A stretch of DNA of 64,000 nucleotides from an uncultured Methanosarcinales archaeon (GCA_964436645.1 CAYTDO010000003.1:939-64938), one strand, 5' to 3'; counted from the first letter of the stretch, positions 1-9,586 are shown. The notes: generated from the sequence alone by a model not told the origin. Numbers and translations: made by a program.

Positions 1-51
1 AAACAGATAGAAGCCAAGAAAGAGAAACCATTGAGCAAGTTTTTTGTTTAA
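1..51 (+). CDS. 3' end of a gene that begins upstream of the window (partial: 16 codons plus stop)
   Basis: Open frame from position 1 to the TAA at 49-51. Too short to assign a function. Confidence 0.2.
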   Translation, partial: KQIEAKKEKPLSKFFV

Positions 52-122
52 GGCGTGAGAAGTATAATAACCCTGATTTACAATCAATTAAACGTTTCAT
101 TAATAAAAATTCAAAGACTAGA

Positions 123-338
123 ATGATGGAAAACCGATTAAAAATGGATAAAAACAAATCTTTATTGGTTGCTTCGGCAATTTTTGGAATTATTGCGCTT
201 TTGCACTTACTGAGGTCTGTTTTTGGCTGGGAAGCTGCAATTGGCGGATTTAGCATTCCGTTGTATTTCAGCTATATTGCGGTTGTTGTTGCCGGGTATT
301 TATCGTGGCATATGCATAAGGCAGGTACAATGAAATAG
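123..338 (+). CDS. small hypothetical membrane protein (71 aa)
   Basis: ORF with two hydrophobic helices (LLVASAIFGIIALLHLL and YFSYIAVVVAGYL). No recognisable family. Confidence 0.3.
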   Translation: MMENRLKMDKNKSLLVASAIFGIIALLHLLRSVFGWEAAIGGFSIPLYFSYIAVVVAGYLSWHMHKAGTMK

Positions 339-465
339 GGACATTACAATAAAAAGACCACAATAATAAAATAAAAAAAATCCGACAAAAATAATTCAAA
401 AAAATGATAAAAAGTAGAAATTAATAATAATAAAGTTTTTAATTGCCGTTGTTTTCTAATGTTTT

Positions 466-1434
466 ATGAAAGCTACAGTACTGCATGAATATGGAAATGC
501 TGAGGTTCTTAGGTATGAAGATACTAAAAAGCCTGAGGCAAAAGAGGATGACGCAAGGATTAAACTGGAAGCCATTGGGGTAAATTTCATCGATATATAC
601 CATAGAAAAGGCCTGTATTCAAATAAATTGCCATTTATTCCAGGGATGGAAGGCGCCGGGATTGTTGATAAAGTTGGAAAAAACGGTTTCGGGATAAAAG
701 AAGGAGACAGGGTAGCATATGCAATGAATATTGGCTCTTATGCTGAATATGCAACAATTCCGGCATGGAAATTAGTCAAGGTTCCTGATGAAATTGATAT
801 GAAAACTGCTGCTTCCTTGATGCTGCAGGGAATGACTGCACATTACTTAACGCATAGCACATTTCCACTTAAAAAAAATGATACGGTTTTATTGCATGCG
901 GCTGCCGGAGGGGTTGGATTATTATTAGTACAGATGGCTAAAATAATTGGGGCTAAAGTCATTGGAACTATATCGACAGAAGAGAAAGCAAGGCTTGCAA
1001 AAGATGCTGGTGCTGATTATGTAATTATTTACACAAAAGACGATTTTGAGGAAAAAACAAAAAAAATAACTGGTGGAAAAGGCGTTGATGCTGCCTATGA
1101 TTCTGTTGGAAAAAATACTTTTGAAAAAAGCCTGAATTGCTTAAAGCCAAGGGGCATGCTTGCTTCATTTGGGCAATCGTCCGGGCCAATTGAGAATTTT
1201 GATCCGAGGATTCTTTTAGAAAAGGGCTCATTGTTCCTGACAAGGCCTACTTTATCAAATTATTGCGCTAACAGGGAGGAATTGCTTTGGAGGGCTAATG
1301 CACTGTTCGAGTGGGTAAAAAATAAGAAATTGAAGGTAAAAATCTATAAAACATTCAAGCTATCAGAGGCAAGAAAAGCCCATGAAGAATTGGAAGGAAG
1401 AAAAAGCTCGGGCAAGATTCTAATGGCTCCTTAA
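466..1434 (+). CDS. NADPH:quinone oxidoreductase / zinc-type alcohol dehydrogenase-like (MDR superfamily)
   Basis: 322-aa product with an MDR N-terminal catalytic domain (VLHEYG..., GVNFIDIY) and a Rossmann motif LLHAAAGGVGLLLVQ, typical of Qor-like quinone reductases. Confidence 0.8.
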   Translation: MKATVLHEYGNAEVLRYEDTKKPEAKEDDARIKLEAIGVNFIDIYHRKGLYSNKLPFIPGMEGAGIVDKVGKNGFGIKEGDRVAYAMNIGSYAEYATIPAWKLVKVPDEIDMKTAASLMLQGMTAHYLTHSTFPLKKNDTVLLHAAAGGVGLLLVQMAKIIGAKVIGTISTEEKARLAKDAGADYVIIYTKDDFEEKTKKITGGKGVDAAYDSVGKNTFEKSLNCLKPRGMLASFGQSSGPIENFDPRILLEKGSLFLTRPTLSNYCANREELLWRANALFEWVKNKKLKVKIYKTFKLSEARKAHEELEGRKSSGKILMAP

Positions 1435-1842
1435 TCACTTAATTTTTACCATCTCTAAAGCTGATTCGACTGCCCTTTGCGCATATTCTTTCGCTCTTTT
1501 TTTTGCCTGCGCCCATGTCACTCTTGGCCCTATTACCCCGAAGCCGATTGGCTTATTGTATTTTAATGACATATCTATCAGCTTTGAAGAAATTGCGTTG
1601 CCAATGATAAGATCGTGCTGTGTTTCTCCCTCAGCAATCACTCCCAAGACCGCAAGAGCATTTATTTTTTTGTTTTTTAATAATTTATTTGCGGCAAAAG
1701 GTATCTCAAAAGCTCCAGGGACATGGATTGTTCCTGTTATTTCTGCATTCAATGAGTTTGCTATTTTTGCGGCGTGTTTTTCCATGACTGACGTTATTTC
1801 CTTGTTAAAGTCAGAAACTACCATGCCTAATTTTATTTTCAT
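1435..1842 (-). CDS. ribH: 6,7-dimethyl-8-ribityllumazine synthase (archaeal RibH)
   Basis: 135-aa product aligns along its whole length with archaeal lumazine synthases (VPGAFEIP, GVIAEGETQHDLI, GPRVTWAQAKKRA). First gene of a riboflavin operon. Confidence 0.85.
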   Translation of the reverse strand: MKIKLGMVVSDFNKEITSVMEKHAAKIANSLNAEITGTIHVPGAFEIPFAANKLLKNKKINALAVLGVIAEGETQHDLIIGNAISSKLIDMSLKYNKPIGFGVIGPRVTWAQAKKRAKEYAQRAVESALEMVKIK

Positions 1843-2084
1843 TTTTTCGTTTATTGGTTATTTACTTGTTTTTTTATTATTATGATTTTATTATAGTAAA
1901 TTGTAGGGATTATATGGCTATCAAAAAGCAATTTACCATATTAGAATTGCGCTCAAATGCAATATAATCAGCGCAACTCCCTATATCTTTATTGAGTTTC
2001 TTTATTTAATAGGTTTTTTATTATTGAATTTTATGTTTTATTGAGTTTTTAGCAATGCTTCTTTTTTAATGGAAAAAATATGCT

Positions 2085-2549
2085 TCAAAGTTTAATTGGG
2101 CCTTCGTCTTCTTTTCCCTGCCTTCTTCCGCTTCCAGAATATTCTGCCAGGGCTGTTTTGCTTTCTAAGAGATCGAGGGCATTCAGCGTATGCTTTTCCG
2201 CGCGGCTCTTTGCTATCTGGAACAGTTCCTTGGCATTCTTTGCTTCGTCCGGATGGATGAATATTTCAAGTATATGCGTGCTGGTCATCAATTGCACAGT
2301 CTGCAGGCCTAAAGAAGCTTCATGGCTGCACTGCTTGTCTATAGGCATTGTCCCGGCCATGCCAAATGCCAGTACAATGCCGCATTTATATTTGTTAATC
2401 AGAATCTTGCATGCTACTGGAAGATCCTTGAAACCAGGAACTGTATACCTCTCTATGGCATGTTTTGAGTTTTTCTTGATTGCATCTATTGCAAACTGGG
2501 CCATGTCAATCCTTGCAAAAGTGGTGTCTGCGATTCCTATTTTTGCCAT
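2085..2549 (-). CDS. ribC: archaeal-type riboflavin synthase (RibC; lumazine-synthase-like fold)
   Basis: 154-aa product with the N-terminus MAKIGIADTTFARIDM and the motifs VPGFKDLPVACK and CSHEASLGL. These match the MJ1184-type archaeal riboflavin synthase. Confidence 0.8.
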   Translation of the reverse strand: MAKIGIADTTFARIDMAQFAIDAIKKNSKHAIERYTVPGFKDLPVACKILINKYKCGIVLAFGMAGTMPIDKQCSHEASLGLQTVQLMTSTHILEIFIHPDEAKNAKELFQIAKSRAEKHTLNALDLLESKTALAEYSGSGRRQGKEDEGPIKL

Positions 2550-2557
2550 TTTGTTTT

Positions 2558-2941
2558 TTAATTCTCCCCTAGTTCAATTTTTATTTTATCTCCATCTTTG
2601 AGATTTAACTTTGACCTCAAATTTATTGGAGCTATTATTTCAAGTATATCTTGATTGTGGATGGTTAAGTCGGGAACGATAACTGCAGCGGGAATGCCTT
2701 TTATGGCTGCTGGATAGCAATTAGCGCCTCCATATATTTTGCCTCCTTTGTTAATTCCATCAATTCTTATTTTTGACAGCGTTTTTAGTATTAAAGTTTT
2801 ATTTTTTAAAGTGCTTATGTTAAAGGTGCCGGGGTAAGGAACAAAATCTAATTTTTCTTTTATTTGATCCTTATAATAATCCAATGCTAAAAAACTTGCA
2901 CCTTTTCCCAGGCCGCCGGTTACAACACCTTCCAGCATCAT
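2558..2941 (-). CDS. ribK: CTP-dependent riboflavin kinase (archaeal RibK, MJ0056 family)
   Basis: Conserved GGLGKGASFL, PYPGTFNISTL, IIAPINLRSKLNLKDGDKIKIEL. The start is placed at the internal MM at 2941. The longer ORF to 3049 would overlap the downstream divergent gene. Confidence 0.75.
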   Translation of the reverse strand: MMLEGVVTGGLGKGASFLALDYYKDQIKEKLDFVPYPGTFNISTLKNKTLILKTLSKIRIDGINKGGKIYGGANCYPAAIKGIPAAVIVPDLTIHNQDILEIIAPINLRSKLNLKDGDKIKIELGEN

Positions 2942-3066
2942 CTCTTCACAGAGGCTTATTTTGCTTATAAAGCTTTGCCACAAGGTTTCACAAAATTCGA
3001 TAAAGATATTACTTGTATCATAAGGTATTATCTTTTTGCCCCAAAACATTTTTAAGCATAAACATC

Positions 3067-4287
3067 ATGGAGTTTTTAGAAGAAATGAGCGAAAAAAGGC
3101 TGATTATTGCGGGGATAGATCCAGGGACAACTACGGGGTATGCTATCCTTGATCTCCAAGGAAACATTGTTTCTTTAAAATCTTCGAAAAATCTAGGATT
3201 GAATAGTTTGCTTGAGGAAGTGTTCAAGGAAGGCAAGGTCATTTGCGTTGGAACTGACAGGGCAAAGGTTCCTAATCTTATAGAACTTTTTTCTGCAAAA
3301 ACTGGAGCAAAAATACTTTTCCCGAAAGAGGACTTAAGAGTGGAAGAAAAAAGGGAGATTGTAAGGAAATTCAGTGCAAAGAACGGCCATGAAAGCGATG
3401 CGCTTGCTGCTGCTTTATTTGCTTTTGGCAGGATACGCAGCATCTTGGACAGGATAGAGAACTATGCTAGAGAAAACAATAAAATTGCAATAAAGGCAAA
3501 GATAGCTGACCTTGTTATTACGAAAGAGATTAGCATTAGGGAGGCTGCAGATATAATAGAGAATCCCGGCAAAGAAGAAAGCCAGATAATAAATAAGGTA
3601 ATTGAAAAGGATCAGCTAAGGCAAAAAGATTTCTTGAGGCTTTACCGCATAATAAAAATGCAGGAAAATGAGCTTGCTCTCTTGAAAAGGCAAAACCACA
3701 ATCTAAAGAACTACTCAAGATCTTTGGAAAGGAAGCACATCGGCGTTCAACAAAAAGAGGAATATGAGATTGATAAGAAGATACAAAAAAATCTTTCATT
3801 CAAGAACAAGAGCATCAATTTTCTGGAAGGAAGAGTATTTGAAAAAGACAAAGAGATAGGCATGCTGAAGAAGGCAGTGGCGGAATTTAACAGCCTGCTT
3901 GCCAATATACCTCAATCTACAATATTGAAAAAACTCGACAATCTTGGGAGCGCTGAATTCAGCAAAAAATTCCGTGAATTGAATATAAGCCAAGGCGATA
4001 TTTTGCTTGTCAAGAATCCTAATATAACAAGCACAGGTGTCATCCAGTTTCTCAAGGATAAAGTTGATATAATAGTTACCAAAGATGCCCCAAGCAAAAA
4101 GATAAAGGAAGATTTCAATTTTACATTTCTTGAGGCTGAAGCTCTTAACATCAAAGATCATGGAAAATTTGCATCTGCCCCTAAAATGGAGATAGCTAAA
4201 GCCCTGGAAAGCAAGACTCTCTTGAAATCAGTTATAGAAAGCTATAAGCAGAAAAAGAAAGAGGAGATTACTTCATTAAATCCCTGA
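3067..4287 (+). CDS. DUF460-family protein (predicted RNase-H-fold / Holliday-junction-resolvase-like nuclease) with a coiled-coil C-terminal half
   Basis: The N-terminus (RLIIAGIDPGTTTGYAILD...GKVICVGTDRAKVP...HESDALAAALFAFGRI) matches the archaeal DUF460 signature. The start is chosen at MEFLEEM to avoid overlap with ribK. Confidence 0.55.
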   Translation: MEFLEEMSEKRLIIAGIDPGTTTGYAILDLQGNIVSLKSSKNLGLNSLLEEVFKEGKVICVGTDRAKVPNLIELFSAKTGAKILFPKEDLRVEEKREIVRKFSAKNGHESDALAAALFAFGRIRSILDRIENYARENNKIAIKAKIADLVITKEISIREAADIIENPGKEESQIINKVIEKDQLRQKDFLRLYRIIKMQENELALLKRQNHNLKNYSRSLERKHIGVQQKEEYEIDKKIQKNLSFKNKSINFLEGRVFEKDKEIGMLKKAVAEFNSLLANIPQSTILKKLDNLGSAEFSKKFRELNISQGDILLVKNPNITSTGVIQFLKDKVDIIVTKDAPSKKIKEDFNFTFLEAEALNIKDHGKFASAPKMEIAKALESKTLLKSVIESYKQKKKEEITSLNP

Positions 4288-4702
4288 AGCTAAGGTTTAG
4301 CTTTCTTCCGGTTTTTATTTCCTTGGCCAATACTTTTTTATGCATTTGGATGATCTGAATTTTTTCGCCTTTATGTTCTATAATGTCGCCTTTCTTGAAG
4401 TATGGAAGCTTGAATAAAAGATTGACGCGATGAAGGTCCCTGCTCGTCTGCCTGCTCCTGGTGTGTATCCTGGTGCTTACAAGAATCTGGCCGCCAAAGC
4501 GATTTTGAAGCTTATTGCCAAGGCTCCTCAGTATTTTTTGCCTGGTGATATAGACATCGAACCCATCTCCAATTTCCTTCACTTTGGATATTGCCCCTGC
4601 TGGATCTTTCTCGATTTCGCTTACAACGAAGTTTACTACTTCTTCGTTTGCGTTCCTTAATTGCAAAATGCCTTCGTAATAATTGCTGTGGCGGGCTTCC
4701 AT
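4268..4702 (-). CDS. hypothetical protein, possible NMD3-like / RNA-binding OB domain
   Basis: 144-aa ORF containing GFDVYITRQKILRSLG. Only a weak resemblance to NMD3-like ribosome-biogenesis factors and no Cys cluster. Confidence 0.3.
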   Translation of the reverse strand: MEARHSNYYEGILQLRNANEEVVNFVVSEIEKDPAGAISKVKEIGDGFDVYITRQKILRSLGNKLQNRFGGQILVSTRIHTRSRQTSRDLHRVNLLFKLPYFKKGDIIEHKGEKIQIIQMHKKVLAKEIKTGRKLNLSFRDLMK

Positions 4703-4745
4703 TCTTCAGTTGAATATTATGCCCTTATTAAAGTTTGTCAAAAAC

Positions 4746-4970
4746 TAGCTTCGTGTAAAATGCAGGTTAGCAGCCTTGAGGTCGAATCTCTTTTATTATT
4801 CCAGCCAACTGACAAGGGGAGGTGCCACCTACGGGGAAAGTTAGTCTTTATGCAAAACACGAGAAAATTTCTTTGAAATTTTCTGTGTCCCGGAAATTGC
4901 AAAGCAATTTCCAAGGACATTAAAGATTCTAAGCCACTAACCCAAACGAAGTGAGTTTGTACACAACACT
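4746..4970 (+). mobile_element. decayed copy of a ~210-bp structured MITE-like element (paralog of the element at 52301-52509)
   Basis: Its first 25 nt (aaaatgcaggttagcagccttgagg) are identical to copy B. The 3' end is homologous (taaccc...gag) and internal differences are mostly transitions. Terminal inverted repeats are degenerate: agcttcgtgtaaaat at the left and tttgtacacaacact at the right. An approximate direct repeat tcaaaa(a)c flanks the element. Confidence 0.5.
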
Positions 4971-5014
4971 TCAAAAACAAAACCTTTTTATTCTGTTTGG
5001 AACTTTAAAAAAGG

Positions 5015-5734
5015 ATGAACAGAAAGACCAAAAAATTTGCCAAGAGAATATGGCATTTCATATGGGAGGATGACAGCGCCTGGAGCTGGATTGTTAACAT
5101 AGCCCTGGCTTTTATACTTATCAAGTTTGTAGTTTATCCTGGCCTTGCCTTTGTTCTTGGAACAAGCCACCCCGTTGTTGCAGTGGTTTCAAGCAGCATG
5201 GAGCATAACAGCATTAAATCCTGCGCAAACAATGGCATCAAGGATGTGCTTAGCGGGAATGCCGGCAAATGTGAATCGTATAAATTCACTATGTGCGGCA
5301 ATGTTTATGATGAAAAAAAGAATTTTAGCTTGGATGAATACTGGCAGGAATGCGGAGCATGGTATGAAAATTTAGATATTTCCAAAGAAGAATTTTTGAT
5401 TTTTCCATATAAGAATGGATTTAACAAGGGAGACATCATGGTTTTGAAAGGGGTTGAACCAGAAAAAATTTCTCAAGGAGACATACTGGTTTTCTTCAGC
5501 AACAGGAATGACCCAATAATTCATAGGGTTGTAAGCAAAAACGAAAGTAATGGGGGGATCATCATACATACGAAAGGAGATAATAATGAGGGTTCTATAA
5601 AAAGCAGCGCGCTTGATGAGACCAGGATTAATGAGGATGCAGTTATAGGTAAGGCAGTAATCAGGATTCCCCTTCTCGGCTATATCAAAATATGGTTTGT
5701 CGATGTGCTAAGATTTCTTGGTTTTCCTATTTAG
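5015..5734 (+). CDS. signal peptidase I (archaeal/eukaryal Sec11-type, S26 family)
   Basis: N-terminal TM anchor, then a catalytic Ser motif SSSMEH, box GDIMVLKG, and ...IIHRVV...HTKGDNN, typical of archaeal type I signal peptidases. Confidence 0.65.
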   Translation: MNRKTKKFAKRIWHFIWEDDSAWSWIVNIALAFILIKFVVYPGLAFVLGTSHPVVAVVSSSMEHNSIKSCANNGIKDVLSGNAGKCESYKFTMCGNVYDEKKNFSLDEYWQECGAWYENLDISKEEFLIFPYKNGFNKGDIMVLKGVEPEKISQGDILVFFSNRNDPIIHRVVSKNESNGGIIIHTKGDNNEGSIKSSALDETRINEDAVIGKAVIRIPLLGYIKIWFVDVLRFLGFPI

Positions 5735-5795
5735 ATAAAATTGGCTAATCAAAAGCCATACTTATGGGCAAATATAATTGAGTAATTGTTGCCCG

Positions 5796-5830
5796 TTCGT
5801 AATACTTACAATTTTGTTGTAAGCTACGAA
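5796..5830. other. near-perfect 14-bp stem hairpin (ttcgtaatacttacaa / ttgtaagctacgaa)
   Basis: Inverted repeat with a 5-nt loop, downstream of the signal peptidase gene. Possible terminator or structured element. Confidence 0.3.
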
Positions 5831-5975
5831 TAAAATGAGTATGAGCAAAGGCAATAATTTATGATTAATTATTTGTTGCCTTTACTGTAGCGGCGGAATT
5901 TAATATCCGTAAAAATTTGTTAAAGTCCGCCTGATATAGGCGAGGGCACTAATTTTCGTAAATAAACTTCCTTGC

Positions 5976-5987
5976 CTATATATTTAA
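5976..5987 (+). promoter_or_regulatory. TATA-box-like element upstream of tfs
   Basis: ctatatattta lies about 45 nt upstream of the TFS start codon, with A-rich BRE-like flanks. Weak evidence in an AT-rich genome. Confidence 0.25.
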
Positions 5988-6029
5988 AAACGAAAAGGTT
6001 ATTAAATAAGCTGGAAAAATGCTAATAAA

Positions 6030-6350
6030 ATGTTCTGTCCGAAATGCAGCTCTATATTACTGCCAAAGAAAGAGGGCAGCAAAAAGGTCATGGTATGCAG
6101 CTGCGGCTATAAAAGCAGCAATATGCAGCAGACTAAATTAACCGAGAACGTGGCCAAAAAAGAAAAAGAAATTGAGATTGTAGAAAGGGGCGCTGCTTTG
6201 AATACTTTGCCTAAAACCAAGGTTGAATGCGAGAAGTGCGGAAACAAAGAGGCGTATTTCTGGACCTTGCAGACAAGAGCGGGGGATGAGCCGGAAACTA
6301 AATTCTTGAAATGCACCAAGTGCGGATCTACTTCTAGAGATTATGATTGA
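6030..6350 (+). CDS. tfs: transcription factor S (TFS) / RNA polymerase subunit M-like
   Basis: 106 aa. N-terminal Zn ribbon CPKC...CSCG. C-terminal TFIIS-type Zn ribbon CEKCG...RAGDEPETKFLKCTKCG with the catalytic acidic hairpin. Confidence 0.85.
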   Translation: MFCPKCSSILLPKKEGSKKVMVCSCGYKSSNMQQTKLTENVAKKEKEIEIVERGAALNTLPKTKVECEKCGNKEAYFWTLQTRAGDEPETKFLKCTKCGSTSRDYD

Positions 6351-6778
6351 TTGTGTTTGTTCCCATACGCCTGAATTCTTATTTGTTCAATAATACTTTC
6401 TATTTGACCATCACCCCAAGGCTTCGGTATAATTCCATCTGGATTCAAAGCGGTTAGTCCAGAGGCAAGAGAGGAATATTGGGGGGTTCTTTCAGCAGCA
6501 GTAACCACATAAACAGGTATATTTGGATCTTGGGTTTTAACATGTCGGACTACATCTAGTCCAGATAAGCCTTCTTCCCCCGTATTCAGATCTGTTAGAA
6601 CTCCATAGAAAGGCGTGCCCGCTTTTTTTCTTTGATCGTATAATTCAATTCCTTCCCTTACACCAGAAGCAGAGGTTGGACGTGCATCTGCAATCTCGAT
6701 TAAGGCCTCTAGAGCCAATCTAATATCTGCGCGGTCATCTATTACTAAAATATCCAGCGGTTTAGGTTCATTTGCCAT
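6341..6778 (-). CDS. single-domain response regulator (CheY-like receiver)
   Basis: LVIDDRADIRLALEALI...GVLTDLNTG...PVYVVTA fits the receiver-domain acidic pocket and phospho-Asp position. The locus is GC-richer than its surroundings. Confidence 0.55.
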   Translation of the reverse strand: MANEPKPLDILVIDDRADIRLALEALIEIADARPTSASGVREGIELYDQRKKAGTPFYGVLTDLNTGEEGLSGLDVVRHVKTQDPNIPVYVVTAAERTPQYSSLASGLTALNPDGIIPKPWGDGQIESIIEQIRIQAYGNKHNQS

Positions 6779-7157
6779 TTTAATCTTAAAATAAGAAGAA
6801 AACTTCCTTTATAAACTTTTCTATTTTTGTTATCTTTAAGTAGTAAAAATATTATTTAAAGCCTGCGCCTCTAATCAAAATATGGAGATTGATAAGGATA
6901 TATTTAAAGCAATAATAAAGCCAAATAGCAGGAAAAATGAATAAGGTGTTTTGACAACAATAAAGGCGCTTATATTATACATATTAAGGAAAAAGCAGAG
7001 GGCAACAAGGCAAACATTGAACTTATAAGATTCTTATCAAAGGATTTAGGTAAAAGGGCAAGAATAAAATCAGGCCTTAAATCCAAAATAAAGATTATAG
7101 AAACTTATAAATAATAAACATTTAAATATTGATATCCTTAAGTATTGTAAAAAAGAG

Positions 7158-8531
7158 GTGTTTGATTCGTTGGTTAGCAGATTCCCTATAATAGCAGTTT
7201 CTGGTATTTTTAGCAGCAAATATGAAGATATTGATATTTTGCCCCCTCCGCCACCCTTCCCTAAAATAAAGTCCAAGACAGAGGATGCCAAGGCGACAGA
7301 GAAAGCTGCAAAAGAAGAGCAAAGAAGGCGCAAGGAAGAAGAAAAAGCTCTCAAGCTACAGGAGAAAGATAGGCTTAGAGTAAAGGATCAGCAAAGGAAA
7401 GGGAGGAAGGAAAAGCTGTTTAATCTGCTGCATGGAGCTGGCTTAGTCAAGACTGAGGAAGAAAAGGCGCAGATTCGCAAGGAAAAGGAAAATTATAGAA
7501 ATTTTAAGCTGCAAGGAAAAAAGAAACGAGAAGAAACGTGGATAAAAGCAGAACAGGAAAGGATAGAACAAAAAGCGCTGGAAAAGCCCGGAAAAGAAAA
7601 AGCCTCAGAAAGGCTGCAAAAAGAAAAAGGAGGGCAAAAACCAGCAGATCAAATGGCCAATGAGAAAGAAAGATTAAGGCTTGAAAAGCTAGAAAAACAC
7701 GAGCAGGAGAAAAACGGGAAAAGAGAAAGGCGCGGATTGGATTTGTCTAAAATACAAACTTTAAAGATTCCAGAAAAGAAACAACTTTCCATAAAAGAGC
7801 AATTTTCCGGGCTTTTCCCAAAAATCGGCTTTGGGAGCAAGGAAGATGCTCCGGAACAGTATCCAATCATAACTAAAGAGTGGGGCATCTCTATTCCTAC
7901 TACTAGAACTAAGAAGATTAAGGGTATCCCTACACAAAATTTCCCGGAAGTGCGGGAGCTGAATTCAAAACAAAAAACAGGCTTCAAGAATTTCCCTGCA
8001 TCATCATTAAGCAAAAAGAAGGGAAAACAATTAGAGGAAGAACTTAAAGATTTAGATACGTTTAATGAAGGCAGAATCAAGACTGGAAAGAGTTTGGAGT
8101 TAAAAGATGATTGGGCAGAAAATACCAATGAGATTATTGTGGCGGAGAAAGAGATACAAGATGCTGTCGACGGCCTTAAAGCTGATGTGAAAAGGCCTTT
8201 CTTGAGCAGGATTTTCACGAAAAAGAAAAAAATCGAGACAGATGCCGGAGCTGAACCTCAAGTTGAAATGCCCCATATAATGCCAAGGACTTATGATAAA
8301 ATAGACTTTGTAGAAATGGCAGAGGCAAAGATACACAAGGCAAGGATGGCATTGATGGACTTCAATTTTGAAGATGCCAAAAGAATATATATCGAGGTGA
8401 TGGGGCTCTACAACAAAATGGAGCTTAAGGATAAGCATGATGTTTATGAAGATATAAAGGACCTGTATTATGAAAGGAAGAATGCGGAAAAGTTTGCAAA
8501 AAAAAGCAATGATATTTTAAAAAAATTCTAA
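7158..8531 (+). CDS. Lys/Glu-rich low-complexity coiled-coil protein (hypothetical)
   Basis: 457 aa. A PPPPPFP stretch is followed by about 250 aa of KEKE-type charged repeats and a more ordinary C-terminal domain. Confidence 0.45.
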   Translation: MFDSLVSRFPIIAVSGIFSSKYEDIDILPPPPPFPKIKSKTEDAKATEKAAKEEQRRRKEEEKALKLQEKDRLRVKDQQRKGRKEKLFNLLHGAGLVKTEEEKAQIRKEKENYRNFKLQGKKKREETWIKAEQERIEQKALEKPGKEKASERLQKEKGGQKPADQMANEKERLRLEKLEKHEQEKNGKRERRGLDLSKIQTLKIPEKKQLSIKEQFSGLFPKIGFGSKEDAPEQYPIITKEWGISIPTTRTKKIKGIPTQNFPEVRELNSKQKTGFKNFPASSLSKKKGKQLEEELKDLDTFNEGRIKTGKSLELKDDWAENTNEIIVAEKEIQDAVDGLKADVKRPFLSRIFTKKKKIETDAGAEPQVEMPHIMPRTYDKIDFVEMAEAKIHKARMALMDFNFEDAKRIYIEVMGLYNKMELKDKHDVYEDIKDLYYERKNAEKFAKKSNDILKKF

Positions 8532-8594
8532 AATTCTGGATTGTTATATTTATTTCCGCAAACTTAATAAATTTGCCGAAATTCTAAAAATGCA

Positions 8595-9209
8595 ATGAAG
8601 AATGGAATCTTTATAGTTTTTGACGGGCTGGATGGGAGCGGGAAAAGCACCATAGCAAAAATGCTGCAAGAATATCTTTCCTCTAAAAAACACTGCGATG
8701 TCCTTTTGACGAGAGAGCCTACAGGCGGGCAATATGGCAGGGAGATAAGGAATATTCTTTCTCATGAAGAAAATCCAAATGCTAATGCGGAAAAAATGCT
8801 CGGGCTTTTCCTCAAAGACAGGAAAGAGCACCTTAAAAACGAGATAGTTCCGTTTTTAAGCAAAAAGGGCGGAAAGAAAAATGTGGTAATATGCGACAGG
8901 TATTATTATTCCACAATATCTTTTCAATCTACGCAGGGGATAGATGTTGAGCTTCTAATAGAGAAAAATAAGGGGTTTCTTAAGCCAGATATAGCATTCA
9001 TAATGGATATAACGCCTGAGGATGCCCTTGAAAGGATAAAAAACCGAAAAAAGGAAAAGTTTGAGCAATATAATTTCATGAAAGAATTAAGAGAGAAATT
9101 CCTCCAGCTTCCGGATATTATTAATGACAACATTAAGGTTATTGATGCTTCTGCAAGCAGCAAGGAAGTCCTTGAGCAGGTTAAAAAAGAGATAGAAAAA
9201 ATAATTTAA
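8595..9209 (+). CDS. tmk: thymidylate kinase
   Basis: P-loop FIVFDGLDGSGKST, LTREPTGG, DRYYYS (DRY motif) and a lid region. Confidence 0.85.
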   Translation: MKNGIFIVFDGLDGSGKSTIAKMLQEYLSSKKHCDVLLTREPTGGQYGREIRNILSHEENPNANAEKMLGLFLKDRKEHLKNEIVPFLSKKGGKKNVVICDRYYYSTISFQSTQGIDVELLIEKNKGFLKPDIAFIMDITPEDALERIKNRKKEKFEQYNFMKELREKFLQLPDIINDNIKVIDASASSKEVLEQVKKEIEKII

Positions 9210-9586
9210 GGAGCCTTAAGGTGCTGCTGATGTTCTGGCTTAGCATGAGCATGCTCATCGCGGTCATGGCCATGATTTTGGCGTCTAGCCCCATTTTTTG
9301 ATTTAATTATGAAAGCCGCAGCCACTATTGCTATGCCAAGTATTAAAGAAGGCATAAGCAGGTTGTTTTCAGTAAGTGTTCTTTCAATAACTGGCATTTC
9401 GTGGCATGAAAAATCACTTCCACAGTAATAACCATATTGGCACTGAGAATTTGATTGGCATTCCTTTGAGCTAAAGGTTATGAACCATCCCAAGAAAACA
9501 GCCACTATGAGCACTATAAGCACTGTTGCAGTAAGCACTTCTGCGCGTTTTCCAGGAAAAAGCCCCATAAAGAACCAGTTATGCAA
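9206..9586 (-). CDS. small membrane protein with a Cys-rich ectodomain and a His-rich C-terminal tail (possible metal binding)
   Basis: Two TM helices, the motif CQSNSQCQYGYYCGSDFSC, and the tail HGHDRDEHAHAKPEHQQH. Confidence 0.4.
   Translation of the reverse strand: MHNWFFMGLFPGKRAEVLTATVLIVLIVAVFLGWFITFSSKECQSNSQCQYGYYCGSDFSCHEMPVIERTLTENNLLMPSLILGIAIVAAAFIIKSKNGARRQNHGHDRDEHAHAKPEHQQHLKAP

Noticed and set aside
2080-2601. 173-aa plus-strand ORF
   Set aside because: Antisense to the well-supported archaeal riboflavin synthase gene.
4783-4791. GGTCGAATC resembling a tRNA T-loop
   Set aside because: No acceptor, D-arm or anticodon-arm geometry around it. It lies inside MITE copy A. A scan of the intergenic regions for GTTCRAATC-type T-loops found no convincing tRNA.
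4763-4876. Small ORFs beginning MQVSSLE in both MITE copies (4763 and 52316), which might encode a conserved peptide
   Set aside because: Only the first 7 codons are shared, because they lie in the identical 25-nt element terminus. The downstream peptides are unrelated, and B stops after 17 codons.
7649-8218. 189-aa minus-strand ORF
   Set aside because: Antisense to the Lys/Glu-rich gene. Its Ser/Phe/Leu-rich composition is typical of the complement of a KE-repeat.
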